From: Octopus sinensis
Taxonomy: Eukaryota
Assembly: GCF_006345805.1 (NCBI RefSeq)
Contig: NC_043002.1
Span: forward strand, 21,390,001-21,454,000
DNA: 64,000 bases
Direction of reading: 5' to 3'
The translations under genes were made by a program, and so were the position numbers. A model generated the notes under the pieces. The model worked only from the letters and a program-made list of their open reading frames with translations, was not told where the DNA came from and did no database searches. Shown here piece by piece: positions 13,021 to 25,948 of the stretch (its first letter is position 1; the number at the start of each line of letters is the position of its first letter).

Positions 13021-14437
13021 TAATAGCAGACAGCAACTTGTCCGTCCTCTAACTACCTATTTCTTCACTACCCACGAGGGGCTAAACACAGAGGGGACAA
13101 ACAAGGACAGATAAACCGAACTACCTGTCAGACAAATGAATATATATATGTAAAAAATATTTCTTCCTTCTTGGTGTTGATCTTTCGGTGTTCACTGGTT
13201 ACTCTGACGTTGGTGCAATAATACACTTACCCAAAGTGAATTGCTGGAGTCATTTCATTTTTTCCAGAAAAAGGTTTTAAAAAAGTTATAGAGGTTTAAA
13301 GTTCGATCATTTTCACCCAGTCAGGAAACGGGATTTGGAAGCTGTCAATTTGTGCGTGACAAAATAGCACATGTTGTCAATGTTTGTAAACAACACATGT
13401 TATGTCTCCGGTAATTTTCTTTCATACTCTCTTTACTCTCTTTACTTGTTTCAGTCATTTGACTGTGGCCATGCTGGAGCACCACTTTTAGTTGAGCAAA
13501 TCGACCCCACGACTTATTCTTTGCAAGCCTAATACCTATTCTATCGGTCTCTTTTGCCGAACCGCTAGTTTACGGGGACGTAAACACACCAGTATCGTGG
13601 CTGAGATGTTGTACAAACAGTCGTGGTCCATCATTGGACTTGTCAAAAGGTACCTCGTTTTTTAATCTTCGTTTCGCTTATTTGGAATAGAATACAGTTT
13701 GGTAGCTGTTTGTAGCTACTCGCACACATGAGAAACTTGAGTTGAAATGAAGAGCACTTCTTGTATAAGTAATAAACTGACTTACAAAGAATCAAAAATA
13801 AAATAAGTATGAAAATAAATAAATAAATAAGTGGATGAAATAATCCTTTCTACTTAAGGCTCAAGGGCTGAAATTTTGGGGGACGGGACTAGTCAATTAT
13901 ATCGATCTCAGTGTTTCACTGGTACTTATTTAATCGACCCCGAAAGGATGAAAGGTAAAGTCGACCTCGGTGGAATTTCAACTCAGAAACGCCGCTAAGC
14001 ATTTTGCTCGACGTGCAAACGATTCTGCCAGCTCGCCGCTTTAAAGTGGATGAAATAATGAAATCACAACACATTTCATTATCAGCGTAGAGCATATTAT
14101 TTAGTTCACTTATTTATTTTTATACTTATTGTATTTTTGATTCGTTGAAGTCAATTTATTACTTTTACGAGAAGTGTTCTTCGTTTTAACTCAAGTTTTT
14201 CGTAGATGCAGGGAGCTAGAAACAACCACCAAAATGTATTTTAATCGAAATGAGCGATACGGAGATTAAAAAATGAAGTCCCTTTTGACAAATCATCTGA
14301 CGAAACACATCTGCATCAATGATGCTCTACAACTGTTTGTACAGCACTTCACCTGCGACGGATCGTTGCACAATGAGTCGAAACGATCGTAGTGATTAAT
14401 AAGGAATCTCGTGAATTCTATTTTCTTTCTCTTTCTT

Positions 14438-14473
14438 TCACACTTTATAAATTCTACGTACACGAAGGAATTC
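14438..14473 (-). CDS. Candidate terminal coding exon (phase 0: EFLRVRRIYKV*)
   Basis: Acceptor gatttacttcag in a unique non-repeat island. A phase-2 reading is also open to 14293. Unverified. Confidence 0.3.
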   Translation of the reverse strand, partial: EFLRVRRIYKV

Positions 14474-15613
14474 CTGAAGTAAATCAACTGGCATTTAAAT
14501 CCATACTGTTGATGATATCAGGTAGCCGAATACAGTGAACGGGCTTTAAACAGCATACAAGGTGTATACCGGAATTTAAAATTATTACTTAGATGTATAT
14601 ATATACATGTGCATGCATGCGCGCGCGCGAAGAACAGGCGCATTGTATAGAAAGCACGACTTGCTCTAGTTTCATTTTTTTTTGTCATGTTTATTTCCAT
14701 TTTTGAAATAATTACCTGAGTTTGATTAGGCCAGTATAATTCTTAAATACATCATTAACGTTTCCAGACATTCGTCGCCTCATCTTCGAGATGAAATGAT
14801 GTTAGAACGTGTTGCTGACTCATAATAGTAGCCAAGGTCAATGTGATCAATGTAGACATGACTGCCGTTTGTTCAATGTGTTAAAGATGTGTAGAGTCTG
14901 GTATAATTTAATGTTGCAAAATAGGACTATTTCGTTATACTTAAGTGTTTGACCTTATTTAAAAGCTTGGTCATCGGTGAGTGTAAAATAATGAAATTTC
15001 AGACTCAATGCAGGAAACTTTTAACAATACGGAAATAGTCGAACAACACACCCTCACGCAAGCGCATGTGCGTGCGCAGATATACCTATATTCTATATAT
15101 GAATATGTCCAATTCGTATTCGCTGATGTATACATGTTTGTCTATGTCAAATTGACTAAAAGAATCTACAAAACTAATATCCAAAAGTTATATATACTAT
15201 TATTTGATATCCCATACTGACGGTTTCTATAAAATTTAGTTCGATTTACGGAGTACGAATACTTTTGGATTAAATTCTGAAATATTCTAATAATTACTAA
15301 TTACTAATAATGAGGTCACTCGTTGTTCCTTCAAATTATCCCCCCTACTTTTTGACAGTCACAGCCTTCTGCCGATAGCTATGCATACATACCAGATACA
15401 CATATTGGTACGCAAGCATTCATCTACATATGCATACACAAGCATCTATGTATGTATACACATGTTTGTATACACAGTATACACAACAGCTACATAGATA
15501 AATAGTTGACTAGCATACTTTCAAACACACACATACTCTCATAGACACATCTTTTACCACTCTTTTTCTTCCACATATTCACATCGACGAAAGCACGTTT
15601 TTGCAATCATTTT

Positions 15614-15865
15614 AGTGATGGACTCCGGCCTGTGAGTAATTTTTCTTCATTCTATTGCCAGTTTCGGAGGCTTCGAAAACCATCATGATGTTTTCCTTTT
15701 TTTGTTGTTTTTTTAATACCTGTTTTGCAGGAAGAAAAGAATCGCATGCTATCATAAATACACATCCTCACACACTTACTCTATTCCATACACACATAAC
15801 TCCCAATTCCTGTCACATATATTCTAGCAAAAATACTCAGCGTATTGGTATAAATCCACACTACT
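15614..15865. repeat. ~250-bp direct duplication, second copy at 16729-16995
   Basis: gtgatggactccggcctgtgag...actcagcgtattg(g/a)tataaatccaca appears twice, each followed by (CT)n. Confidence 0.85.
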
Positions 15866-15972
15866 CTCTCTCTCTTTCGTCCTCTCTCTCTTTCTCTCGC
15901 TCTCTATCTCTTGCACAGACACACACACATGCACACACACTGTCTCTCTCTTTCTCTCTCTGTCTATTTCTT

Positions 15973-16003
<31 letters not shown>

Positions 16004-16129
16004 CTCTCTCTCTCTTTCTCTCTTACATACACGTTCACGCATGCTAATTGTTTCATACTTACACATGATAGAAGCTGACTCGTGACAAAGTAAGAGCACT
16101 TCCTAGACCCATTTCACTTTAAAGAGCAT

Positions 16130-16720
16130 CTCAAGTTTGGTCTCCCCATCGCCGATGACGTCTCATATGGCTCCCAAGGCCTACAAGTCATTCTACGCCG
16201 ACCACAAGTCAACCCCACTTACAATAAACAGACCACCTGGATATTGGAACCTGCTATGGTGAGTTAACCTGATGCAAGATGGGCCCAGGTAACCGTATCG
16301 ATGTTGATGTTTTTAAGTATGTCTTTAAAATTGTTTTTCAAACGCTTGCGTAGCTTGCACTGGGGACGTTTTCTTTGCTTCTGCTCACCGTACGACATCT
16401 GCTGTATCATGTGGGTGTCCTCTAAACGGACAAGGTGACCAGACCACCTAAGCTGATGGACTCGATAACCGTCATGGACTCGATAACCGTCATGTTTGCC
16501 AGCAGCAGTACTCTCGTATCAAGTACACGAGATGGACATGAGATCTTCAGCTCTTTGAAGCTGTTTCCTCTATGACGGGATTCATTAAAATAAAACACCA
16601 GGACTGGTTTAAAGAAAGCGCAGGACTTGAGACGAAGTTGTTGGAAGTAAAAGAAAGTGGCATTTGGCAAGTTGCTTTCTTGTTTTGTTCCAGGATATGA
16701 ACAGGATAAGCTAGAGAAAG
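16130..16720 (+). mobile_element. Decayed RTE-type LINE fragment
   Basis: KQTTWI (KTTWxHP-like) and KIKHQDWFKE (RKHQDWFDE-like) motifs with stops. Confidence 0.5.
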
Positions 16721-17496
16721 AATTTAGAGTGATGGACTCCGGCCTGTGAGTAATTTTTCTTCATTCTATTGCCAGTTTCGGAGGCTTCGAAAACCATCAT
16801 GGTGATTTCCTTTTTTTGTTTTTGTTTTTATTAATACCTGTTTTGCAAGGAGAAAAGAATCGCATGTTATCATAAATACACATCCTCACTCACTTACTCT
16901 ATTCCATACGCACATAACTACAAAACTACAATTCCTTCACATTATATTCTAGCAAAAATTACTCAGCGTATTGATATAAATCCACAGTACTCTCTCTCTC
17001 TCTCTCTCTCTCTCTCGCGAGAAAGGTCCAGTGAGAGTTGTGGGCAGCATTGGACACGTGGTGGCGAGAAACTGAAAAAAAAACAACAAAAAAACCCGCG
17101 CAATTAAGACAAACGAAGTTCAAAATCTACGTGCCATCTATGACTCTCCGCTGCGAACGAAGAATGGTAATGCGCTGCAGCGCATACATACATACATACA
17201 TACATACATACATACATACATACATACATACATACATACATACATACATACATGCATGCATGCATGCATACATACATACATACATACATACATACATACA
17301 TACATACATACATACATACATGCATACATACATACATACATGCATACATACATACATGCATGCATACATACATACATGCATACATGCATACATACATACA
17401 TTCATACATACATACATACATGCATACATGCATACATACATGCATGCATGCATACATACATACATACATCCATCCATACATACATACATACATACA

Positions 17497-17527
<31 letters not shown>

Positions 17528-17529
<2 letters not shown>

Positions 17530-18027
17530 GGTGGCTGCCCCCTCGTTATCGAGTATGGCCATTGCACGAAGCTTAATCAATGTTGTTATCATTCAATGCC
17601 TGTGCAAGAAGATTTTTTTAAAGTGAAGAAAGGCTGTGCACTGAGTCAATCCCACTTACTAAGCAACAGCAGCCATAATCCGAAAAGAAGAACAAGTCAA
17701 CATCATCGGTAACCACTGACCCGCAGGTTTTTATATCGGAGTTATCCCAGTTACCTGAGTTACCTTCTCCTAGAAGAATGCCCTAACAAAGGCTAGGAGT
17801 CCTTCATTCCCAATGGTTTAACCGCACGATCGGGTATTCATTCCAATTATTTCTATGGCCCCGCGCAGGATACAGCCTTAAGACATTTATTGGATGGCCG
17901 TTGACTCTCAAGAGTTCCTCCGCCCTTTGACGGGTTTTGTTTTTCATCTCGCAGGGTGACCAATAAACACCCTCCTCACAAAGCAAGCTTGGTGGGGTTG
18001 CCGGTTTAGTCGCCGACGACCCGACCA
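17528..18027 (-). mobile_element. ~500-bp non-autonomous retroelement, copy 2
   Basis: Reverse complement of 11412-11901, abutting a long (CATA)n array at 17183-17527. Confidence 0.75.
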
Positions 18028-18456
18028 TGCAATAGATTGTACTGGGTTACATGTTACCAGTAGCACTCGAAAGTGACCTGACATAACATACATACATACA
18101 CACATGCATAAGCGCGCGCGCACACACACACAAATATTCTTTATGTGTGAGAGAAGAAATATTTTAAAATAATCGGTGAATCTCACTTATAACAAACACA
18201 TGATTGAAACTCGAGTCAACTGCGGTATGCCAGGAGATATTGCTACTAACGAAGCGCAAAGGGGTAGATATGTCCATTTAACAATGTCACAACGGCTGCC
18301 AGAGTTATTTCGACTGCTACTAATAAACTTCTGTGTTTTTTTAACACTATATGTCCATAAGCGATGCTATCTCTGGATGAATACCGCAGCTGATTAGGCT
18401 TTCAATGACATATCTGCTCAAAGTGTGATACACAAAATTATGTTTATATGTATATA

Positions 18457-18760
18457 CTAGCAGTATCGCCCGGCGTTGCTCGGGTTTGTAAGGGAAATAA
18501 CTATATAAGCATTTTTAGAGAGTTACTTCCCTTATATAAACCGAGCAAAAAATGCATTAAAAATGCGGAAAAATGATGGTAATTTTTTTTTAAATCGTAG
18601 ACTCATCGTAGACGCGCGCTAATACCCAGAAGGGCTCGACATGAATCACAACTATGAGATACCTGCTTTTGGTTAAACTGCACCGCAAAATGTGGGAGTA
18701 GTTAGGAATCTAAATCGGAGTAGACACACACACACACAACTTTAGTTTAATATATAAAGA
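18457..18760 (-). mobile_element. Short non-autonomous Helitron
   Basis: Same termini as 4342-5175: minus-strand 5' TCTTTATATA, 3' hairpin CCCGAGCAACGCCGGG then CTAG, at an A|T site. Confidence 0.85.
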
Positions 18761-18998
18761 TATACCGGAGTAAGCATATAAATGTGAAACACGGTGGAAA
18801 AAAAAGTACTCAAATACCAAAGGTAGAGTAATATGCTTTATTTAAAAGCAGCAGAAATATAACAAAATCTGTTAATCAGAGTTTCACGTTCCCGTTCGTC
18901 GGACAGTTTTGTTAACACAGAACAGAATTGTACTGTATATTTATTATTATTTTTTTATAATTTGTATATATTTATTTTATAATAAATGCAAAACAAAA

Positions 18999-19036
18999 CT
19001 GTCCGACGAACGGGAACGTGAAACTCTGAGTAACAG
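18999..19036 (+). ncRNA. Minimal type-I hammerhead-ribozyme-like motif (variant core) in a Penelope-pLTR-like repeat
   Basis: CTGT-CCGACGA-ACGggaaCGT-GAAA-CTCtGAG-TA-ACAG: stems I, II and a palindromic stem III; core differs from CUGANGA by U4C. Inverted copy at 18869-18906; diverged copy at 54149-54186(-). Confidence 0.5.
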
Positions 19037-19089
19037 CTTTTGTTATATTTCTACTGCTTTTAAATAAATTATACACACACACACACACA

Positions 19090-19163
<74 letters not shown>

Positions 19164-19166
<3 letters not shown>

Positions 19167-19800
19167 TCATCATCATCATCATCATCATTTAACGTCCGCT
19201 TTCCATGCTAGCATGGGTTGGACGGTTCAACTGGGGTCTGGGGAGCCCGAAAGCTGCACCAGTCCAGTCAGATCTGGCAGTTTTCTACAGCTGGATGCCC
19301 TTCCTAACGCCAACCACTCCGAGAGTGTAGTGGGTGATTTTATGTGCCACCGACACAGGTGCCAGACGAGGCTGACAAACGGCCACGCTCGGATGGTGTT
19401 TTTATGTGCCACCGACACAGGTGCCAGACGAGGCTGGCAGACGCCACGCTCGGATGGTGTTTTTATGTGCCACCGACACAGGTGCCAGACGAGGCTGGCA
19501 GACGGCCACGCTCGGATGGTGTTTTTATGTGCCACCGACACAGGTGCCAGACGAGGCTGGCAGACGGCCACGCTCGGATGGTGTTTTTATGTGCCACCGA
19601 CACAGGTGCCAGATGAGGCTGGCAAACGGCCACGATCGGATGGTGCTTGTTACGTGCCCACAGCACGGAGGCCAGTCGATGCGGTACTGGCTACGGCCAC
19701 GTTCGGATGGTTTTCTTATGTGCCACGTGCCACCGGCACTGGTACCACAAAGATACAAATTCCATTGATGTTCATCTATTTTGATTTGTTTTGATTTGAT
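19164..19800 (-). mobile_element. SINE 3' module (family C, (GAT)n tail) with an internal ~62-bp minisatellite x5
   Basis: Unit ttttatgtgccaccgacacaggtgccagacgaggctggcagacggccacgctcggatggtg at 19338-19645. Same family at 31275-31485(+), 35345-35855(+), 29200-29400(-), 40195-40340(-), 54640-54835(+). Confidence 0.85.
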
Positions 19801-19854
19801 TTTATATGTACATATACATATGTACATATACATACAAACATACATACATATCTA

Positions 19855-20070
19855 CAGTAATCCCTCGTTACGTTCCAATACACGCCGCGATAGGTGAAAA
19901 TCTGCGAAGTAGAAACAGTACTGTACTGTATCTTTTTTAATCATTTTTATAATTTGTATATATTTATTTTATTATAAATGCAAAACAACACTACAGAGGA
20001 ATCGACGTAAGCTTAAAACCGCGGAAGGTGAACCATGACAGGTGAACCGCGATATGGCGAGGGATTACTG
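19855..20070. mobile_element. Tc1/mariner-pogo-like MITE
   Basis: TIRs CAGTAATCCCTCG...CGAGGGATTACTG flanked by TA. Confidence 0.85.
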
Positions 20071-20561
20071 TATATAGGCTCTCTTTTCTCTTTTACTTGT
20101 TTCAGCCATTTGACTCTGGCCATGCTGGAGCACCGCCTTTAGTCGAGCAAATCGACCCCAGGATTTATTCTTTGTAAGCCTTGTACTTATTCTATCGGTA
20201 TCTTTTGTCGAACCGCTTAGTTATGGTGACGTAAACACACCAGCATCGGTTGTCAAGCGATGTTGGAGGGACAAACACACATATACATATATCCGACGGG
20301 CTTCTTTCAGTTTCTGTGTACCAAATCCACTCACAAGGCTTTGGTCGGCCCGAGGCTATTGCAGAAGACACTTGCCCAAGGTGCCACGCAGTGGGACTGA
20401 ACCCGGAACCATGTCGTTGGTAAACAAGCAACTTACCACACAGCCAAATTTTTTGTCTTTTACCTGTTTCATTCATCTGACTGCGACGGAGACGTAAACA
20501 CACCGACACCGGCTGTCAAGCAGTGGTAGTATTGGGTCAAACACAGACACAGACCACACAC

Positions 20562-20626
<65 letters not shown>

Positions 20627-21067
20627 TACACACACACACACACACAAATCTAGCTTCTTACAGTTTCTGCTTACCAAATCCACACGGAAGGCTTCGATTG
20701 GACCATAGAAGAAAACACTCGCCTCAGGAGCCACGAAGTAAGACTGAACCCGAAGCCATATAATTGGGAACCGTACTTCTTGTACGTGCGCGCGCGCGTA
20801 TGTGTATATTTGTGTAAACATAAATACACATACATACATACACATATGAATCTCTGTCAGTCAGTCTGTCTCTCTCTCTCTAGATTACCCAACCATACAT
20901 ATGAGTTAAAAGAAAATTATCTAATTTGCTAACCAACCACATGGTTCCGGGTTCAATCCCATTGCGTGGCATCTTAGGCAAGTGCCTTCTGCTATAGCCC
21001 CGGGCCGACCAATGCCTTGTGAGTGGATTTGGTAGACGGAAACTGAAAGAAGCCTGTCGTATATATG

Positions 21068-21143
<76 letters not shown>

Positions 21144-21929
21144 TTGTGTGTCTGTGTTTGTTCCCCTAGCATTGCTTGACAACCGATGCTGGTGTGTTTA
21201 CGTCCCCGTCACTTAGCGGTTCGGCAAAAAGAGACCGATAGAATAAGTACTGGGCTTACAAAAAGAATAAGTCCCGGGGTCGATTTGCTCGACTAAAGGC
21301 GGTGCTCCAGCATGGCCGCAGTCAAATGACTGAAACAAGTAAAAGAGTAAAAGAGTATATATATATACACATATGAATCTCTTGTCAGTCAGTCTGTCTC
21401 TCACTCTAGATTACCCAACCATACACATGAGTTAAAAGAAAATTATCTAATAGAAAAAGCCGAGGGTGGCCAATAGCATGTATTTGAACAACAAAGCCGA
21501 AAATAACGATATTAAATATTGAAGAACAAAGATTCTAGAGTTAATAAAATCATCTCCGTTTCCAGAAAAGATAAAACAATCGCTTGGTGACAATTGGGTC
21601 CAACTCCAACAAAGAAGGGGAGACAATGTCACGAATAAAGAATTTTTCCCAATTTTTTACTTTCCATTAAATAAAAGAGATACTGATAAAAAGGCGCATG
21701 TTTCCGTTTCAACAGGCGGCATCAACACAACTGTTGTCTTCTTTTTCTCCCAGACATTCAGGCTGCATATCAGTTTGGGAAAATTGTCGATTTTTGAAAA
21801 TACGTCCCCTTTTTCTTTCGAAATTCTCTCCAATTGCTACCAGGCAATTATTTTAATTTCTTTGGATAACTAAATAAATAAATAAATAAATATATATATA
21901 TATATATAATATATATATATATATGATTC

Positions 21930-21963
<34 letters not shown>

Positions 21964-22040
21964 GTATATATATATGATCTACTGACGATATATATTATAT
22001 ATGGACACAGATATATATGTACCCACGCGTGTTGGTGTGA

Positions 22041-22083
<43 letters not shown>

Positions 22084-22380
22084 CATACATATATATATAT
22101 ACATACATATATATATATTATACATATATATATATATATATATATATATTATACATATACATACACATATATCAGTCTATACCCTCAAACATAAACACAC
22201 ACACACACATATATATATATATTATATATATATATATGTCTGTATGTATTTATATATGCATTATATAAATATTTATATGCAGCTATACTTATATATAATA
22301 CTCATATATATCTATGTGTATATACATATACAAGTATAATATATATGTATATATACGTGCATGTGTCTTAGACGACTCAC

Positions 22381-22427
<47 letters not shown>

Positions 22428-22892
22428 TCTCACACATACACGCATGCACACAACCAGACATCACATACGTTCACTACGAAAACTAATGCTATGTACCCGG
22501 CATAAAATTTAATAATACGATCTGTGGAAAACATTCTGAACCGACTTACTAACTGCACGGTAACTCTAAATTTAAGCTTAACTACGCTATAGGCACGGCG
22601 GCAATGCTATTATTATCCAGCCTCGTTTTCGACACACAGCAGCAGTCTGGTGTGTGTGTGTATGCATACGTCTATGAATGTGCGTATGTGGATATACGTA
22701 TACGTGCGTACGTGTGTTTCCGTGCATGTGTACATGTGAGCGTGTGTGTGTGTATATGTATATGTATGTGTGTGTGTAGTTGTAGTTTTTTTTTTTCAAT
22801 GTTTCTGCCTTCTGCAATGGCGACGTCACTTGACGTTGCAGTATGAAAGGATGTCGAGAGAAGAAGAGTGCAGGATCGTCCATCTGTCTTAC

Positions 22893-22937
22893 TTACACTG
22901 GATTCTCGTACTGGGAGCTATAGCGCTCGATAGCAGT
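22893..22937 (-). CDS. Candidate terminal/composite coding exon (TAIERYSSQYENPV*)
   Basis: Acceptor ccatcttaccttag; the stop overlaps a GTAAGT donor; unique island between (TA)/(CA) tracts. A plus-strand exon at 22842-22942 is a competing model. Confidence 0.35.
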   Translation of the reverse strand, partial: TAIERYSSQYENPV

Positions 22938-23952
22938 CTAAGGTAAGATGGACATGACATATAGCACGCCGGCTGACAACAGACATACCTGGTTGCCGCA
23001 GTCCTTTGTACATACATAAATACATATTCATGTATGTGTATATATACCTGTGCGTGTATGTGTCGATGTATGTTACATGTATATATCTATATGTATGTGC
23101 GTGTATATATATATATATGTGTGTGTGTATGTGTAATATATATGTATGGATGTATAATTTGTTATCTTCACGTTTAGATATAGATAGAAAAAAGATACTG
23201 CCTTCATTATATACATACATTTATATACATACGTATATATTTATATACATACGTATATATATATATGTATATAGCTGTCAGCTTATCGTACATAGGTATA
23301 TGTGTATATGCCTATATATCTATGTGTATGTATGTATAATTTGTGCGAGTGTACACAGATATACATATGTTTTATGTGTATTTATGTACACAGATGGTGT
23401 GCGTATCTGTATATATATGTAGATACATGTATGTTTATCGTCTACATCTCTACGTACAGATGTGTGCGTGTCTGTGTATACCCTGATTATATTTATCTGT
23501 GTATACACAGTGTATCTCTTGAGGTATATTTTCACTTGTTCACCCATGCATATCTAGCTATCTCTGTTTTTGTCTGTCTGTCTGTCTATCTCTCTATCTC
23601 TATGTTTCTGTCTATTCTCTGTTTCTGACTATATTTTTGTCTGTCTATCTATCTATCTATTTCTGTCTGTCTGTCTATCTATCTATCTATTTATCTATCT
23701 ATCTATCTGTCTATCTATCTGTCTGTCTATTTATCTATCTGTCTATCTATTTATCTATCTATCTGTCTGCCTGTCTGTCTGTCTATCTATTTATCTATCT
23801 ATCTGTCTGTCTCTATCTGTCTATCTATCTATCTCTCTGTCTGTCTCTATCTGTCTTTCTATCTATCTATCTGTCTGTGTCTCTCTCTCTCTCTCTCTAT
23901 CTGTTTCTATCTCTCTCTCTCTCTCTTTGTCTCTCTCTCTCTATCTCTTTCT

Positions 23953-24006
<54 letters not shown>

Positions 24007-25523
24007 CAGTATGTTTATAGCTGTTCATCTCTGTAGTCATAGATGTTTCCGTATATTTGGAAGTATATACATATATATGAGCATGTACATTAATATGTTC
24101 ATCTATAAGTAGACAGATGTGTATCAATAATTTACACGTACGTATATCAGTATATATATATAGATAGATCTATGTGCGTACGTGAGATGTGCGCACACAC
24201 ACACACACACAATTTATATACTTGTTTCTATGCGCACATCTCTGTATGTGTACACGCGCGCTTAAAGATGAATGATTATATCTTACACCCGCCTCTTATA
24301 TTTGTTTACGCCTGTGTTTATAACTGTGTGTGTATACACAAACAACACTATATATACACTCAGACTTTTAGCTGTATAATCGTATATGATTGAGCGTATA
24401 ATTTTTTGTGTGTATATACATGGCTGTTCACTCTGATGTATGGGTACTTTTATGATGTGTATATATGTATGTATGTATAGGCAGATATATATGTCCTTGT
24501 ATATGTGTGAGTATATGCTTGCATGTGTCTATGTATGCATGTTTTAAATTAATAGATGTGTATGCGTTTATAACTGGCTGTAGTCTCGTGTTGTAGAGAA
24601 TATATGTATGTAATTTATGAATGTATTGTATACACACATTCACACTTATATTCTGATAGTGTATATAGGTATGCTGCGTGCTGTATGTATTCCAACGCGC
24701 CCGTGTATCCCTCTTTCTTTCTCTCTCTCCATATATACATGCACAGACACACACACATATGTACATATATATGTGTGTGTAATATATGTATGTATATGTT
24801 TTAACATTTACTTTAATTCTTTCCTCTATCCCTAATATATACATTCTGTCATACTGCATACACAATCAATCAATCAATCAATCAATCCACCAATATCAAT
24901 CTACGTATATATATATATATATATATATTGTATATATATAATTTTCACCATTGTTGTGTGTGTATAAATGTGCTGTTACACGTCTTGTGCAGCGTATGAG
25001 ATGTTCGTATGCGTGTCTGTGTGTTTCTGCGTGTGTATACGCACCCGTGCGCGCGCACATGCAGATTATCGGGAGCTATCTACAGGTGGTCCCTAAAACA
25101 TCGTTTTCAATTATTTTTTTCCCTTTACTGTCAACTGCTACGAAACGGTTTTCTTTTTGTCTTTTCATCCACCATTAACGCAATACAGTTAAACCAGCCC
25201 CCATCCTCCTCCTCCTCATCATCATCATCAAAAGGGTGATGGAGAGGCAGAGTCATTTAAAGCTTCGGATTAAATTGCCTTGCGTTAATTAGTTACCTTG
25301 TTTTACATTGTGTCTAAATACCACCGAAGTCGATTCTGCTTGTCATCCTCCTGTGGTTAGAGGTTGGGGTTGGGGGTTGGAGTTCGATGAAATAAATGTA
25401 TCAGTCAGTTATTTGGGTTGTAATCGACCTAACCCGTTCCTCCTTCCGACAACGTTTGTAGTTTTATACTTCCGTAAGAAACTACAGACTTTTGTACACT
25501 GCTTCGATTTTTTCTTCTTTTTC

Positions 25524-25562
<39 letters not shown>

Positions 25563-25828
25563 ATTCTATTGTCACTATAATCGTTCCTCATCAGTTGCTG
25601 CTGTAACAACACAAAACAAAGCAACAACAACCTCCCCCCTACCCAAAAAATAAAAATAAATAATAACGAAAAAATACATCGCCATCATCATCGTCATCAA
25701 TACCATTCTGTAGTACAGCAGCGGCGAGTTACGTTATGTGGTCTGTTTCCTTTTACAAGTGTGTAGGCAATTTCATTTTACGTCACGAATGCCCTTGAGA
25801 AAAGCCCCGCTGGACAGTATATAAATAT

Positions 25829-25864
<36 letters not shown>

Positions 25865-25896
25865 AATATAGTACAATATCACACACGCATATATAT

Positions 25897-25948
<52 letters not shown>

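Noticed and set aside
16125-16257. Plus-strand exon with a GTGAGT donor
   Set aside because: Better explained as part of a decayed RTE fragment.
17038-17712. 224-aa ORF and overlapping YIHT/VCMY ORFs
   Set aside because: Translation of the stop-free (CATA)n microsatellite plus a retroelement; the same applies to ORFs at 22-25 kb, 41.6-42.1 kb and 47.9-48.6 kb.
19338-19645. Regular ~62-bp repeats resembling a CRISPR array or repeat protein
   Set aside because: No unique spacers and no cas genes; it is a minisatellite inside a SINE seen elsewhere in the window.
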